Assembly: GCA_031286205.1 (NCBI GenBank)
Contig: JAITUR010000003.1
Span: 71,697 to 135,696 of the forward strand
Direction of reading: 5' to 3'
DNA from: Treponema sp.
Lineage (GTDB): Bacteria > Spirochaetota > Spirochaetia > Treponematales > Breznakiellaceae
DNA length: 64,000 nt
Of the stretch, positions 27,166 to 35,945 are shown in pieces. Every line of letters starts with the position of its first letter. The stretch's first letter is position 1. The position numbers and the translations under genes are program-made. Under the pieces are notes generated by a model. The model was given only the letters and a program-made list of their open reading frames with translations. It did no database searches and had not been told where the DNA came from.

Positions 27166-28527
27166 ATGGATAAATTAAATTATATAAGTATGTCGCTGGA
27201 TTTATTTTGTATAGTTATTTCCTTTATAATTTTTATTAGCCTGCTTCTGGAAAGCGAAAGAAAATCCAAACTGAATCGTCTTTTTAGGGTTTTTGTTCTG
27301 TGCAATATTGGGATCGTATTGTCCGATCTTATTGCATGGCTAATGACGGGAAACTTAGAATTATATGCCTATTTTTTAATAAGGGCAGCTAATTATTTCC
27401 ACTATTTATTTGGTGCATTTATATTGGCAGCGCTTTCGCTTTATATGCTTGCTTTTATTGCATTAAAAGAAAAAACCCCAAACCTAATTAAATACACGGT
27501 TATTATATTATGTGCAACACAGGTGTTATTAACTACTGTTTCGCAATTTACAAATATGTATTATCTTATTGATGAAAACAATGTGTATCACAGACAGGGG
27601 CTTTACTGGTTGTCCCAGATTTTTCCGGCGGCTGGGCTTATTATTAACATGGGTATTATTATTTTTTATCGTAAGGTTTTAAAAACCCGGACTATGTTGT
27701 TTTTTCTAACTTATATGATTTTACCTGTTGTCGCAATTCTTATTCAATCTTTGTTTTATGGTATAACTCTTGTTAATATAGCCGCAACGCTGACCATGTT
27801 AATTTTATATATTGGTGTTCAAATAGAACAGTCAAAGGATATGGAATCGCATATATTATTAATTAACCGGCAGCTAGAGTTGCAGCGCGAACATTATAAA
27901 ATGCTTCAGACACATATTACAGAAACAAAAAAGGCAAAGCACGATTTGCGCCACCATCTGACGGTGTTTCAGTCTTTTATTAATGCGGGAGAAACCGAAA
28001 AGCTGACAGCCTATGTTAACGATTACAAGGCTTCTTTGCCCGATGATACAGAAGTGGATTTTTGCAAAAACTACGCTGTTAACGCAATATTAAGATATTA
28101 TTCCATTATAGCAAAAAACGAAGATATAAAAATTACTGCGCATTTGGATCTGCCGGAAAACACGGGCATTGCCGATTCCGACTTGTGCATTATTTTTGGC
28201 AATTGTATCGAAAACGCAATAGAAGCCTGCCGTAAAATTAACGACGGCAGATTTATAAAAATAAATTCCAAGGTTGCGGGCAAAATGCTTGCTGTTACCA
28301 TTGACAATAGTTTTGACGGTGTATTAAAAAAAGAAGGTTCCGAATTTTTGTCGCGCAAACATGAAGGTCAGGGCGCTTATCCGGTATCGGGCATTGGTAT
28401 TTCGTCCGTAAAATCTGTTGCCAAAAAATACGGAGGAGAAACACGGTTCGAGGTAAAAGACAATATTTTTCAGGTATCGATCTTGCTGCGATTAAAGTTG
28501 TATGATATTATAACAGGAGGGCATTAA
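27166..28527 (+). CDS. AgrC/ComD-like (HPK10-type) polytopic sensor histidine kinase
   Basis: 453 aa with six or seven N-terminal TM helices. H-box KKAKHDLRHHLTV, N-box IIFGNCIENAIEAC, G-box GIGISSVKSVAKKYGG. Starts 3 nt after the response regulator gene. Confidence 0.85.
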   Translation: MDKLNYISMSLDLFCIVISFIIFISLLLESERKSKLNRLFRVFVLCNIGIVLSDLIAWLMTGNLELYAYFLIRAANYFHYLFGAFILAALSLYMLAFIALKEKTPNLIKYTVIILCATQVLLTTVSQFTNMYYLIDENNVYHRQGLYWLSQIFPAAGLIINMGIIIFYRKVLKTRTMLFFLTYMILPVVAILIQSLFYGITLVNIAATLTMLILYIGVQIEQSKDMESHILLINRQLELQREHYKMLQTHITETKKAKHDLRHHLTVFQSFINAGETEKLTAYVNDYKASLPDDTEVDFCKNYAVNAILRYYSIIAKNEDIKITAHLDLPENTGIADSDLCIIFGNCIENAIEACRKINDGRFIKINSKVAGKMLAVTIDNSFDGVLKKEGSEFLSRKHEGQGAYPVSGIGISSVKSVAKKYGGETRFEVKDNIFQVSILLRLKLYDIITGGH

Positions 28528-28557
28528 CCCTAAAAATCAAAGCGAAGAGAGGATAAT

Positions 28558-28920
28558 ATGAAAAGAATATTTTTATTGTTTGTTATTGCACTGGTTGGCG
28601 TAAATTGTTATGCCCAAAGACAATCGGCAGAAGAAAGAGCTCTGCAGGGAACATGGATACTAATCGGTATAATGAATGATCAAGAAAGCTACAACGAGCA
28701 GAGTATCAAGGCGGAAGGTGTCGATGTTTCTTATATTTTTTCCGGCAATAATTTAACTATCAGAAAAGAAGGTGAAGTTATAGGTCCTGTAGTATTTGAG
28801 CCACGCGAGGGCTATTTGCTTCTTGGTCCCGAAGGCGCTGCAAAATTACCATATAATTTACAGGGAAGAATCCTGATTGTCCATGAAGGCGGTTATGCTT
28901 TCGTTTATCGCAAGAGGTGA
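28558..28920 (+). CDS. Small secreted protein of unknown function
   Basis: 120 aa. Signal peptide IFLLFVIALVGVNCYA. Beta-rich. GAGAGGA Shine-Dalgarno sequence upstream. Follows the kinase gene after 30 nt. Confidence 0.6.
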   Translation: MKRIFLLFVIALVGVNCYAQRQSAEERALQGTWILIGIMNDQESYNEQSIKAEGVDVSYIFSGNNLTIRKEGEVIGPVVFEPREGYLLLGPEGAAKLPYNLQGRILIVHEGGYAFVYRKR

Positions 28921-29038
28921 TTCTAGAGGTTAGAGATTGGAATCCCGCAGGCGTCAGTGTTTAACGAGGAATCTGGCGGAACTCTGGGAGTTTCGTTGTT
29001 CGATAATCTATCCTTTAGCTAAGGGGAAAATCTAAATT

Positions 29039-29293
29039 CTAGCCCCTAGACTGCTTCATTACAAAAGCCAGTACCTTTGCCGTTGCTTCCCAGCACCAAG
29101 GGGGGATATAGTCGCCGGGTTTTGCGCTTGTGTCAAGAAGGGCGGCAAGAGCGGGATCTTCCATTACTTCTATTCCCGCCTGCTCTGCGATTGCGATAAT
29201 CTGTTCGGCTTCTCTGCCACGACCCTGAGCCAATAACATGGGGGCAAGGTCTCCCTTTGTATATCCAATTGCAGATGCTGTTTTTCTTTTCAT
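29039..29293 (-). CDS. Stand-alone FlhB C-terminal domain homolog (YlqH/EscU-C-like)
   Basis: I trimmed this to MKRKTASAIGY (ATG 29293, a TAATG overlap with the upstream stop). The sequence AIGYTKGDLAPMLLAQGRGREAEQIIAIAEQAGIEVMEDPALAALL...IPPWCWEATAKVLAFV matches the post-NPTH part of FlhB/YlqH proteins. Confidence 0.75.
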   Translation of the reverse strand: MKRKTASAIGYTKGDLAPMLLAQGRGREAEQIIAIAEQAGIEVMEDPALAALLDTSAKPGDYIPPWCWEATAKVLAFVMKQSRG

Positions 29294-30252
29294 TAGACAG
29301 CCTCGTCTACAAAACATAAAAGTTTTTCGCCGAATTCTGTTTCTGCGGGGTTTTCTAAACCGGCTTTAATGGAAACATTTCCGGCAGGAATATCAAAAAG
29401 TTTTGTTAAATCTTTTAGCTGCTTACTGCGTAAACTGGAAGGTATTGTTTGATCATCCACATACATACAGACTTTGCTTACCTTATTATTTTCAAATTCC
29501 AACGCAAAAGAATAACGAAAATCCTTGCCGGGTTCTACAATGTCCAGCGCCGTAAAAACTGCATTGTCTCCATCAACCAAAACCCTCATCGATACACGGA
29601 AGTTCCGTCCATTCTGGGAAAATTCAAAAGGAAGCGTTATCCAGCGTTGTTTGTTTTTTCCCGGTAATTTATTCATTATTAACAACAGCGGATTATTTTC
29701 TTCGGATTCATTCGCCTTTTTTTGCAAGACAACACCATTAATTGTTTCGTCTTCTTCCTGCTTGTCTTTATTTTTATTTCTTTTATCTTTGTTTTGTTTG
29801 TCGCCTTGCCTTTCTTCCCATTCGGGGTCGATTGCTTCGGCAAAATGTTCCAGCCCCTTGGGAGACAGCTCTACTCCCTTGCTTTCTGCGGCTGAAGCGG
29901 CAAGCAAAAGGATAGAGCGGGTTTTATCGGCGGCAGTGTCTGCCGGTTTTTCTGCAGCAGTTTGTTTTATTATTTCAGGTAGAGCTGTAAAAACCTGACG
30001 GCGGATTTCGTTTAACTGTTCAGGTTTCATGGATAAGGAAAAAAATCTAAACAAAGGAAGCAAATTGGCGGAAACCTTGTCGTTTGGAAGATTTAAGTTC
30101 GAAATTAAAGATGATATCGAGCGCGGTATTGCTGCGGATTTTGTTAAAGTCTGCGGCACAGCTTGCGGTGCAGAATGTTTTATTTGCGGTTGTGTTTTAA
30201 GTGTCGATGTAGTTTTCGCGGCAGGAGCAGCGGCGTTTTTTTGAATCTGCAA
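29293..30252 (-). CDS. Hypothetical protein with a Lys/Asp/Glu-rich central linker (possibly FliK-like; uncertain)
   Basis: 319-aa ORF with an apparent TTG start 3 nt after the cmk stop. Low-complexity segment QGDKQNKDKRNKNKDKQEEDE. Translationally coupled to the FlhB-C homolog. No diagnostic motif. Confidence 0.4.
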   Translation of the reverse strand: MQIQKNAAAPAAKTTSTLKTQPQIKHSAPQAVPQTLTKSAAIPRSISSLISNLNLPNDKVSANLLPLFRFFSLSMKPEQLNEIRRQVFTALPEIIKQTAAEKPADTAADKTRSILLLAASAAESKGVELSPKGLEHFAEAIDPEWEERQGDKQNKDKRNKNKDKQEEDETINGVVLQKKANESEENNPLLLIMNKLPGKNKQRWITLPFEFSQNGRNFRVSMRVLVDGDNAVFTALDIVEPGKDFRYSFALEFENNKVSKVCMYVDDQTIPSSLRSKQLKDLTKLFDIPAGNVSIKAGLENPAETEFGEKLLCFVDEAV

Positions 30253-30255
30253 AGG

Positions 30256-30786
30256 TTAATTTATCTCCCGCGCTCTTTTTACAATTAACTCGACAATTTG
30301 CTCGGGCGTAATTCCATCGGTATCAATATCTAAATCTACAAAACTGTAATTATCCGTATCGATATTATAAATACGAAGATAACGCTGGCAATCCTGATTG
30401 TCGCGCTCCGCCGTAAATGCGGCAATTTCTTTAATACTGCCGCCTTCTCTTTTTTCTATGCGCCCCGCCCTGACTTCTTCGCTTGCGTGTAAATATACTT
30501 TTAAGTCCGCTTCTTCCAGCATCCAGATTGCAAGGCGGGAGCCCAGTACACATCCGCCTTCTTCGCGGGCAATCTTTACCTGCCTTGTGTCAACTTCCCT
30601 GTCCCATGAATCGTCGTTAGCTGCAAGTTCCAGCACAGTTTTTAAGTCGATACCGCGTTCTTCGGCAAGTGAGCGAAATGTAAAATTAATAAACCGCAAT
30701 CCAAGCGTTTCGGAAACCATCTTGCTAATAGTGGTGTTCCCGCATCCGCTTCTGCCGGAAATGGCAATTTTAATGTCTTTTTTCAT
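30256..30786 (-). CDS. cmk: Cytidylate kinase family protein (short, archaeal-type)
   Basis: 176 aa. P-loop IAISGRSGCGNTTISK. Matches the short (d)CMP kinase pattern over its whole length. Confidence 0.7.
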   Translation of the reverse strand: MKKDIKIAISGRSGCGNTTISKMVSETLGLRFINFTFRSLAEERGIDLKTVLELAANDDSWDREVDTRQVKIAREEGGCVLGSRLAIWMLEEADLKVYLHASEEVRAGRIEKREGGSIKEIAAFTAERDNQDCQRYLRIYNIDTDNYSFVDLDIDTDGITPEQIVELIVKRAREIN

Positions 30787-30796
30787 TGCATATTCC

Positions 30797-31663
30797 TTAT
30801 TCTACATTCCTTAACTGTTCCCTTATATTTTCCAACGCCTCTTTCATTTTAACAACTTCGCTGCTTACCTCTATTATAGCACTCTTTGAACCAATCGTGT
30901 TAATTTCTCTGTTAATTTCCTGACACAAAAAATCCAGTTTTTTGCCCGGACGCGGATTTTTTTCCGTTTCCGTAATAAATTCATTTAAATGAGACCCAAG
31001 CCGGGATATTTCTTCGGAAATTGTATATTTTAATAAAAGAGCCGCCGTTTCCGCCAATATTCTGTTTTCGTCAACCTGATTCCCAAGCAGTTCGGCAAAG
31101 CGGGATTTAATATTTTCCTTTATATTATTTTCTATAAGAGGGGCAAAGTTAACGATTTTTTGAATCGAAAGCAGTATCCTTTCTAAATTTGACAGTATAT
31201 CTTTTTTTGTATGCCCGCCTTCTCTTTCCCGCTCTGCGTAAAATTGATTTAAAGTATCCCGTAAAACCGGTTCTATCGTTTGCCAATACAAATCTTCGTC
31301 GCGGTTTTTTTCTATATCAAGTACGCCGTCCATTCCAAGCAAAGTATGAAGCCTTGGTTTTTCTTCCAGATTAAGATCGTTTGCAAGATTGGTTATGGCA
31401 TCATAATACGCTTTTGCCGCATTTTTATTTACACTGATATTTACAGGAACATTATGTTCTCTTATACGAACAAAGATTTCGATCTTTCCCCTGCCGCAGA
31501 CAGAGGCAGCAATTTCGCGGATTTTCATTTCCAGCATGGATAAAAACGGCGGAAGATTTACATAAATATCCAAATGACGGCTATTGTATCCTTTAATTTC
31601 CATAGTAACCGAAAAATCGTTTCCTGCTTTTTCACGGTATGCATAACCTGTCATGCTTATCAT
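30797..31663 (-). CDS. yicC: YicC-family stress-induced protein
   Basis: 288 aa. N-terminal SMTGYAY...IKGYNSRHLDI. C-terminal GKKLDFLCQEINREINTIGSKS signature. ATGA overlap with murC. Confidence 0.85.
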   Translation of the reverse strand: MISMTGYAYREKAGNDFSVTMEIKGYNSRHLDIYVNLPPFLSMLEMKIREIAASVCGRGKIEIFVRIREHNVPVNISVNKNAAKAYYDAITNLANDLNLEEKPRLHTLLGMDGVLDIEKNRDEDLYWQTIEPVLRDTLNQFYAEREREGGHTKKDILSNLERILLSIQKIVNFAPLIENNIKENIKSRFAELLGNQVDENRILAETAALLLKYTISEEISRLGSHLNEFITETEKNPRPGKKLDFLCQEINREINTIGSKSAIIEVSSEVVKMKEALENIREQLRNVE

Positions 31664-33117
31664 ATATAAATCTCCTTAAAATGTTTATATAATTTTTCCG
31701 CAAGAGACCAGTTGTTTCCTGCCCCCAATGTTATAAATAAATCTCCGCTTTTTAATAATTTGCTTAATGGTTCGAAGGCATTATCCGGTTCGTCTATATA
31801 ATAAGTTTCGTAATTATTGTTACACCTTTTTTGCGCGGCTTTTTCAAAAAGCGCCTTGCCATCGATAGAAAAATTATTTTCTTCCCTTGCGCTTGCATAT
31901 ATTTTATGCAGATAAAGAATATCGGCGGCATTAAAGCAGGATGCAAAATCATCAAACAGGGCTTCGGTTCTTGTGTAGGTATGCGGCATAAAAGAAACAA
32001 TTAACCTGCGGGCAGGATAAAAACTTTTAATTCCTTCCAGTGTTGTTTTAATTGCCGTAGGATGATGCCCATAATCGTCCATAAAAACAATGCTGCCGCC
32101 TTCTTTGCAAAAAACTTCGCCTATTCTTTCGCTTCGCCGTTTTGTACTTTTAAAATTTTCCAGTGCATCTTTTACGGATTGGAGTTTTTCTCCGCATAAA
32201 GAAGATTTATTCAGTAAAACAGTAAGCGCAATACCGGCTGCGGCATTCAACGCCGTATGTCTGCCGGAGATACTCAATTTAAATTCTCCGTCGAATCCTG
32301 CCAGCTTAAATACCGCTCTTTCGTTTTCTACATTGTATTTTAATATTTTATAATCGCTAAAAGCCGTAAATCCATAAGGTATAAACTCTATATCGCTGCG
32401 TTCGGTTTTTAATATTTCTGCAACTTCAACTGCTCCATTATCGTCGGCGCAATAAATAAGCTGCCCGCCTCGCGGTAAAAGATGGCAATATTCAATAAAC
32501 GCGCTGCGGATAGATGCATAATCTGCAAAATAATCCTGATGATCCCATTCCACAGAGGTAAGAATTATCCGCCTGGGATGAAACGATAAAAAATGTTTCC
32601 GGTACTCGCAGGTTTCTGCAATAAAATATTTGTCCCCCATATGCAAGATAGATCTTCCGCCAAAATCCGGCGAGGCGCTGCCTGTAAGAATTTGCGCGGG
32701 CAATCCTGCGGCACGGGCAAGAATACCGCAAAGCGCCGTTGTTGTAGTTTTCCCATGAACGCCGCAAACACCTGTAGAATCAAAATTCGCAGACCATGCG
32801 CCAAGAGCATCGGGATACTTTATAACAGGAATACCAAGCGCTGCGGCATGGATAAGCTCGGGGTTTGTATCGATACTGTATGCCGGGGAATGAATTACAA
32901 TGTCAATTTCTTTGTTGATATGTTCTGTATCAAAACTTTCGAAAAAAGGTATATTTAATTCTTTAAGGATTGTGTCCGTGTAAAATTTTTCTGCAGTGTC
33001 GCTGCCCGACACTTTGTGCCCGGAATTATGCATAAGCTCTGCAAGGACGCATACGCCTGTTCCTTTTATCCCTACAAAATAAACGGATGAACCCGGCTGT
33101 AGTTTTTCTATTTCCAT
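31660..33117 (-). CDS. murC: UDP-N-acetylmuramate--L-alanine ligase
   Basis: 485 aa. N-terminal Rossmann motif YFVGIKGTGVCVLAELMHNSGHKVSGSD. P-loop GVHGKTTTTAL. DDYGHHPTAI followed by PHTYTRT, which is the MurC pattern rather than the Mpl pattern. Confidence 0.8.
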   Translation of the reverse strand: MEIEKLQPGSSVYFVGIKGTGVCVLAELMHNSGHKVSGSDTAEKFYTDTILKELNIPFFESFDTEHINKEIDIVIHSPAYSIDTNPELIHAAALGIPVIKYPDALGAWSANFDSTGVCGVHGKTTTTALCGILARAAGLPAQILTGSASPDFGGRSILHMGDKYFIAETCEYRKHFLSFHPRRIILTSVEWDHQDYFADYASIRSAFIEYCHLLPRGGQLIYCADDNGAVEVAEILKTERSDIEFIPYGFTAFSDYKILKYNVENERAVFKLAGFDGEFKLSISGRHTALNAAAGIALTVLLNKSSLCGEKLQSVKDALENFKSTKRRSERIGEVFCKEGGSIVFMDDYGHHPTAIKTTLEGIKSFYPARRLIVSFMPHTYTRTEALFDDFASCFNAADILYLHKIYASAREENNFSIDGKALFEKAAQKRCNNNYETYYIDEPDNAFEPLSKLLKSGDLFITLGAGNNWSLAEKLYKHFKEIYI

Positions 33118-33123
33118 AGTTAA

Positions 33124-33846
33124 TTATACCATAACTGGTTCGATTCTGCATTCCCGCTTTTTGCCGGTTAAAGGGCAGGTAAAAAAAAGAGCATGGGCGC
33201 AAAGAGCAAGGAAGGGCGTTTGTTCGACGGCAGATACAAAACCCGCATCTAATTCCCCGTATAAAGGATCATGTAAAATAGGAAAACCAATCCATGCAAG
33301 GTGGCAGCGTATTTGGTGGCGAAAACCGCGCTTTATCCGTACTGTAAAAATATCTTTGCCCTTGCAATGCTGTGTATTGATTATTTCTGTCCGGTAAAAC
33401 CCGCCCTTATCCTTCGCAATCTCTTTATTGGGGACAGAGCCGGCATCGATTACCGGGCGTACTTGTTTTCTGCCGGGACCATAAGGCCGAAAATAACTCA
33501 TAATAATCCCGTTACCGGTTATGTCCGGCGGCGGCGGAAATCCGTCTTTATTCGTGCTGATATTTGTTTTTAAGGCAGATGCACAAACAGCCGAGTACTC
33601 CTTAACAAATTCCCCCCTATCCTGCAAATCCGTAAAATAATTAAAACTTTCTTTATTCCTTGCAAAAAGCACAAGCCCATGTGTCTCGTAATCCAGGCGG
33701 TGCATAAGTTGTCCGTCATACGAATCAACAAGAGTGCCGCCTTCTCCCTCTTTTAACGGAACGCTGTGCATTCTTGCCGGTTTATAAACAACAGCATAGT
33801 CGGAGGTTTCTTCTATAACACGCGGCTGTTCTGTTTTGCAATTCAT
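33124..33846 (-). CDS. RluA-family pseudouridine synthase (no S4 domain)
   Basis: 240 aa. Catalytic HRLDYETHGLVLFA motif and GFRHQIRCHLAWIGFPILHDPLYG. Confidence 0.85.
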   Translation of the reverse strand: MNCKTEQPRVIEETSDYAVVYKPARMHSVPLKEGEGGTLVDSYDGQLMHRLDYETHGLVLFARNKESFNYFTDLQDRGEFVKEYSAVCASALKTNISTNKDGFPPPPDITGNGIIMSYFRPYGPGRKQVRPVIDAGSVPNKEIAKDKGGFYRTEIINTQHCKGKDIFTVRIKRGFRHQIRCHLAWIGFPILHDPLYGELDAGFVSAVEQTPFLALCAHALFFTCPLTGKKRECRIEPVMV

Positions 33847-33864
33847 TTTACAACCTCTTTTAAC

Positions 33865-34761
33865 TTATAAAAATATTTTAAAAATACTTTTAAACCTCTG
33901 CGGAACAGGTGCCGAAAAAACACGCGGTTGATTTTCTCCCGCAAGCGTAATTTCCAATTTTTTTGCATGAAGCATAAGCGCGGCAGACGGAAAACCCTTG
34001 TCCTCTTTGCCATAAATGGAATCTCCCAAAATCGGGCATCCAAGATGGCGCATATGAACACGAAGCTGGTGAGTCCGCCCTGTACGAGGACGAAGAAGAA
34101 CAAGCGAATAATCTTTTAGGTTTTTTATTACTTTGTAAAAAGTAAGCGCGTTTTTTCCGCGCCCTTGTCCGCGTTCGCAAACCGCAAATTTTTTACGATC
34201 CTTTGGATCACGGGCAATAAAGGTTTCTATCTTTCCCCGCTGTTCTTTCGGAGAACCAGAGACAATCGCAATATAAGTTTTTCGCACCTTGCGGTTTTTA
34301 AATTGCGAAGCCAAAAACTCATGGGCCTCTTCGTCATAGGCGGCAATAATTACGCCGGAAGTATCCTTATCCAGCCGATGCACAATACCGGGGCGCATCC
34401 CTTCCAGCTTGTCATTCATTCTAAATAAAATGGCATTAGCAAGAGTGCCCTGCCTGTTACCCGCTCCGGGATGAACAACCATGTTCTGCGCCTTGTTTAC
34501 TACAATACACCTGTTATCTTCGTAAATAATATCCAAAGGAATATCCTGGGGAATTATATTTTCCGGCGGAGAATCTTCCCATAACAGTTTAAGATTGTCG
34601 CCGGGTTCTACATTACGGGAAAGCTTAACTTCCTTGCCGTTCAGTATTGCTTTAAGTTTTCTTGCTTTAATCTGCGAACGGGAAAGTAAAGATAAATTTT
34701 CAGAAATGTATCGATCAAGTCTGGGGTATGCGCTATCTACTTTGCAAAAATGACTGGGCAT
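33865..34761 (-). CDS. rluD: RluD-like 23S rRNA pseudouridine synthase (S4 domain plus RluA-family core)
   Basis: 298 aa. S4-like N-terminus (RLDRYISENLSLLSRSQIKA). HRLDKDTSGVIIAA. GRTHQLRVHMRHLGCPILGDSIYG. Confidence 0.8.
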   Translation of the reverse strand: MPSHFCKVDSAYPRLDRYISENLSLLSRSQIKARKLKAILNGKEVKLSRNVEPGDNLKLLWEDSPPENIIPQDIPLDIIYEDNRCIVVNKAQNMVVHPGAGNRQGTLANAILFRMNDKLEGMRPGIVHRLDKDTSGVIIAAYDEEAHEFLASQFKNRKVRKTYIAIVSGSPKEQRGKIETFIARDPKDRKKFAVCERGQGRGKNALTFYKVIKNLKDYSLVLLRPRTGRTHQLRVHMRHLGCPILGDSIYGKEDKGFPSAALMLHAKKLEITLAGENQPRVFSAPVPQRFKSIFKIFL

Positions 34762-34763
34762 AT

Positions 34764-35195
34764 TTAATCCGGCTCTAGTTCCGGTTCCGGTTCTCCGTAC
34801 GGTTCCCTTTCGATCTCGTAAGAACCTGCAGGAACGCTTTCCAGCCTGCGCTGTTCCTTGCTCCGTTTAACTACAGTAATTATTATATCTACAAGAGCAA
34901 GAGAAAAAGATGCCCCCGCAGATATTAAAAGAATATTATTGTGATAACTGCCGGGCAATGCCGGATTATACCTTAAATATAAATCATAACCTAAAGTTGT
35001 AAATAACATTGTAAAAGGAAGCGTTCCAAAAAGAATTATGTCAAAACGCCGTAAATCTTTTGCCCATTGCGGAACCGTAGAAGGATCAAAAACTATAGTT
35101 TTATCAGAAGCAATATCCGTACTTTGAGCCCGCAGCTCCTGCAAGGGTGTAAACAAAAGAGTAATTAAAAGCAACAGAAAAAATAACTTGTTCAT
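34764..35195 (-). CDS. Small secreted/membrane protein of unknown function
   Basis: 143 aa with a signal peptide, two TM helices and an acidic Pro/Glu tail (EPYGEPEPELEPD). Sits 3 nt from the rluD-like start. Confidence 0.55.
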   Translation of the reverse strand: MNKLFFLLLLITLLFTPLQELRAQSTDIASDKTIVFDPSTVPQWAKDLRRFDIILFGTLPFTMLFTTLGYDLYLRYNPALPGSYHNNILLISAGASFSLALVDIIITVVKRSKEQRRLESVPAGSYEIEREPYGEPEPELEPD

Positions 35196-35205
35196 TTTCC
35201 TTAAA

Positions 35206-35937
35206 TTAATCCTTAAAAATTAAACTTCCAATTCTTAACATTGTAGAACCTTCTTCTATGGCAATTTCAAAATCGTTTGACATTCCCATAGAAAGACAAT
35301 GCCAATTTCCATTCTCTCCCGACGGAAAATGTTTTTCAAGCTCCTTTTGCGCTTTAACAAGCTGCCTGAAAGAAGATCGCACAAGCTTAATCGAATCTGG
35401 ATTCGACATATCATTAAAAAAAGGAGCCATTGTCATAAGCCCCGCAGGTTTTATGTTTTGAATGTTTAAAACTTTTTCCGCCGCCTTACATAAAGCATTA
35501 AAGTCTGTAAACCCGCTCTTGGATTCTTCTCCGGTACGAAGCTCCAGCAAAACCTCTAACGGCTTTTCTCTGTTTTGCACATATTTTGCAAGCTCTGCAA
35601 CAAGCTCCAATCTATCTACAGATTGTATGTTATCAAAAAAAACTGCCGCAATTTTTGCCTTGTTACGCTGTAAAGACCCAATCATATGAAGCTTAACATT
35701 GGAAAATTTGTCTTTAAAGCCGTCGAGCTTTTCCGCCGCTTCCTGCACCCTGCTTTCGCCAAAATAACAAATACCCGCGCCGGCAGCTTCTTCTATTCCG
35801 GCGGCAGGAACAAATTTAGAAACACCCATCAAAATGATTTCTTCCCGCTTTCTGCCGGCAGAAACGCAAGCCTTCTGGATCCTTTCTTCTATTTTTGCAA
35901 TATTTGCAGTTATGGACACCTTGTTTATATAATGCAC
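35206..35937 (-). CDS. yggS: YggS-family pyridoxal phosphate homeostasis protein
   Basis: 243 aa. ILMGVSKFV (PLP-binding Lys), HMIGSLQRNKAK, LSMGMSNDFEIAIEEGSTMLRIGS. Confidence 0.9.
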   Translation of the reverse strand: MHYINKVSITANIAKIEERIQKACVSAGRKREEIILMGVSKFVPAAGIEEAAGAGICYFGESRVQEAAEKLDGFKDKFSNVKLHMIGSLQRNKAKIAAVFFDNIQSVDRLELVAELAKYVQNREKPLEVLLELRTGEESKSGFTDFNALCKAAEKVLNIQNIKPAGLMTMAPFFNDMSNPDSIKLVRSSFRQLVKAQKELEKHFPSGENGNWHCLSMGMSNDFEIAIEEGSTMLRIGSLIFKD

Positions 35938-35945
35938 AATTCAGG

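Noticed and set aside
28921-29038. Imperfect long-range inverted repeat (ctagaggttagagatt ... aatctaaattctag) and a 5-bp hairpin (aactc-tgg-gagtt) in the convergent gap between the 120-aa gene and the FlhB-C gene
   Set aside because: The stems are short or mismatched and are not followed by a T-run on either strand. I cannot support a terminator or a structured RNA from sequence alone.
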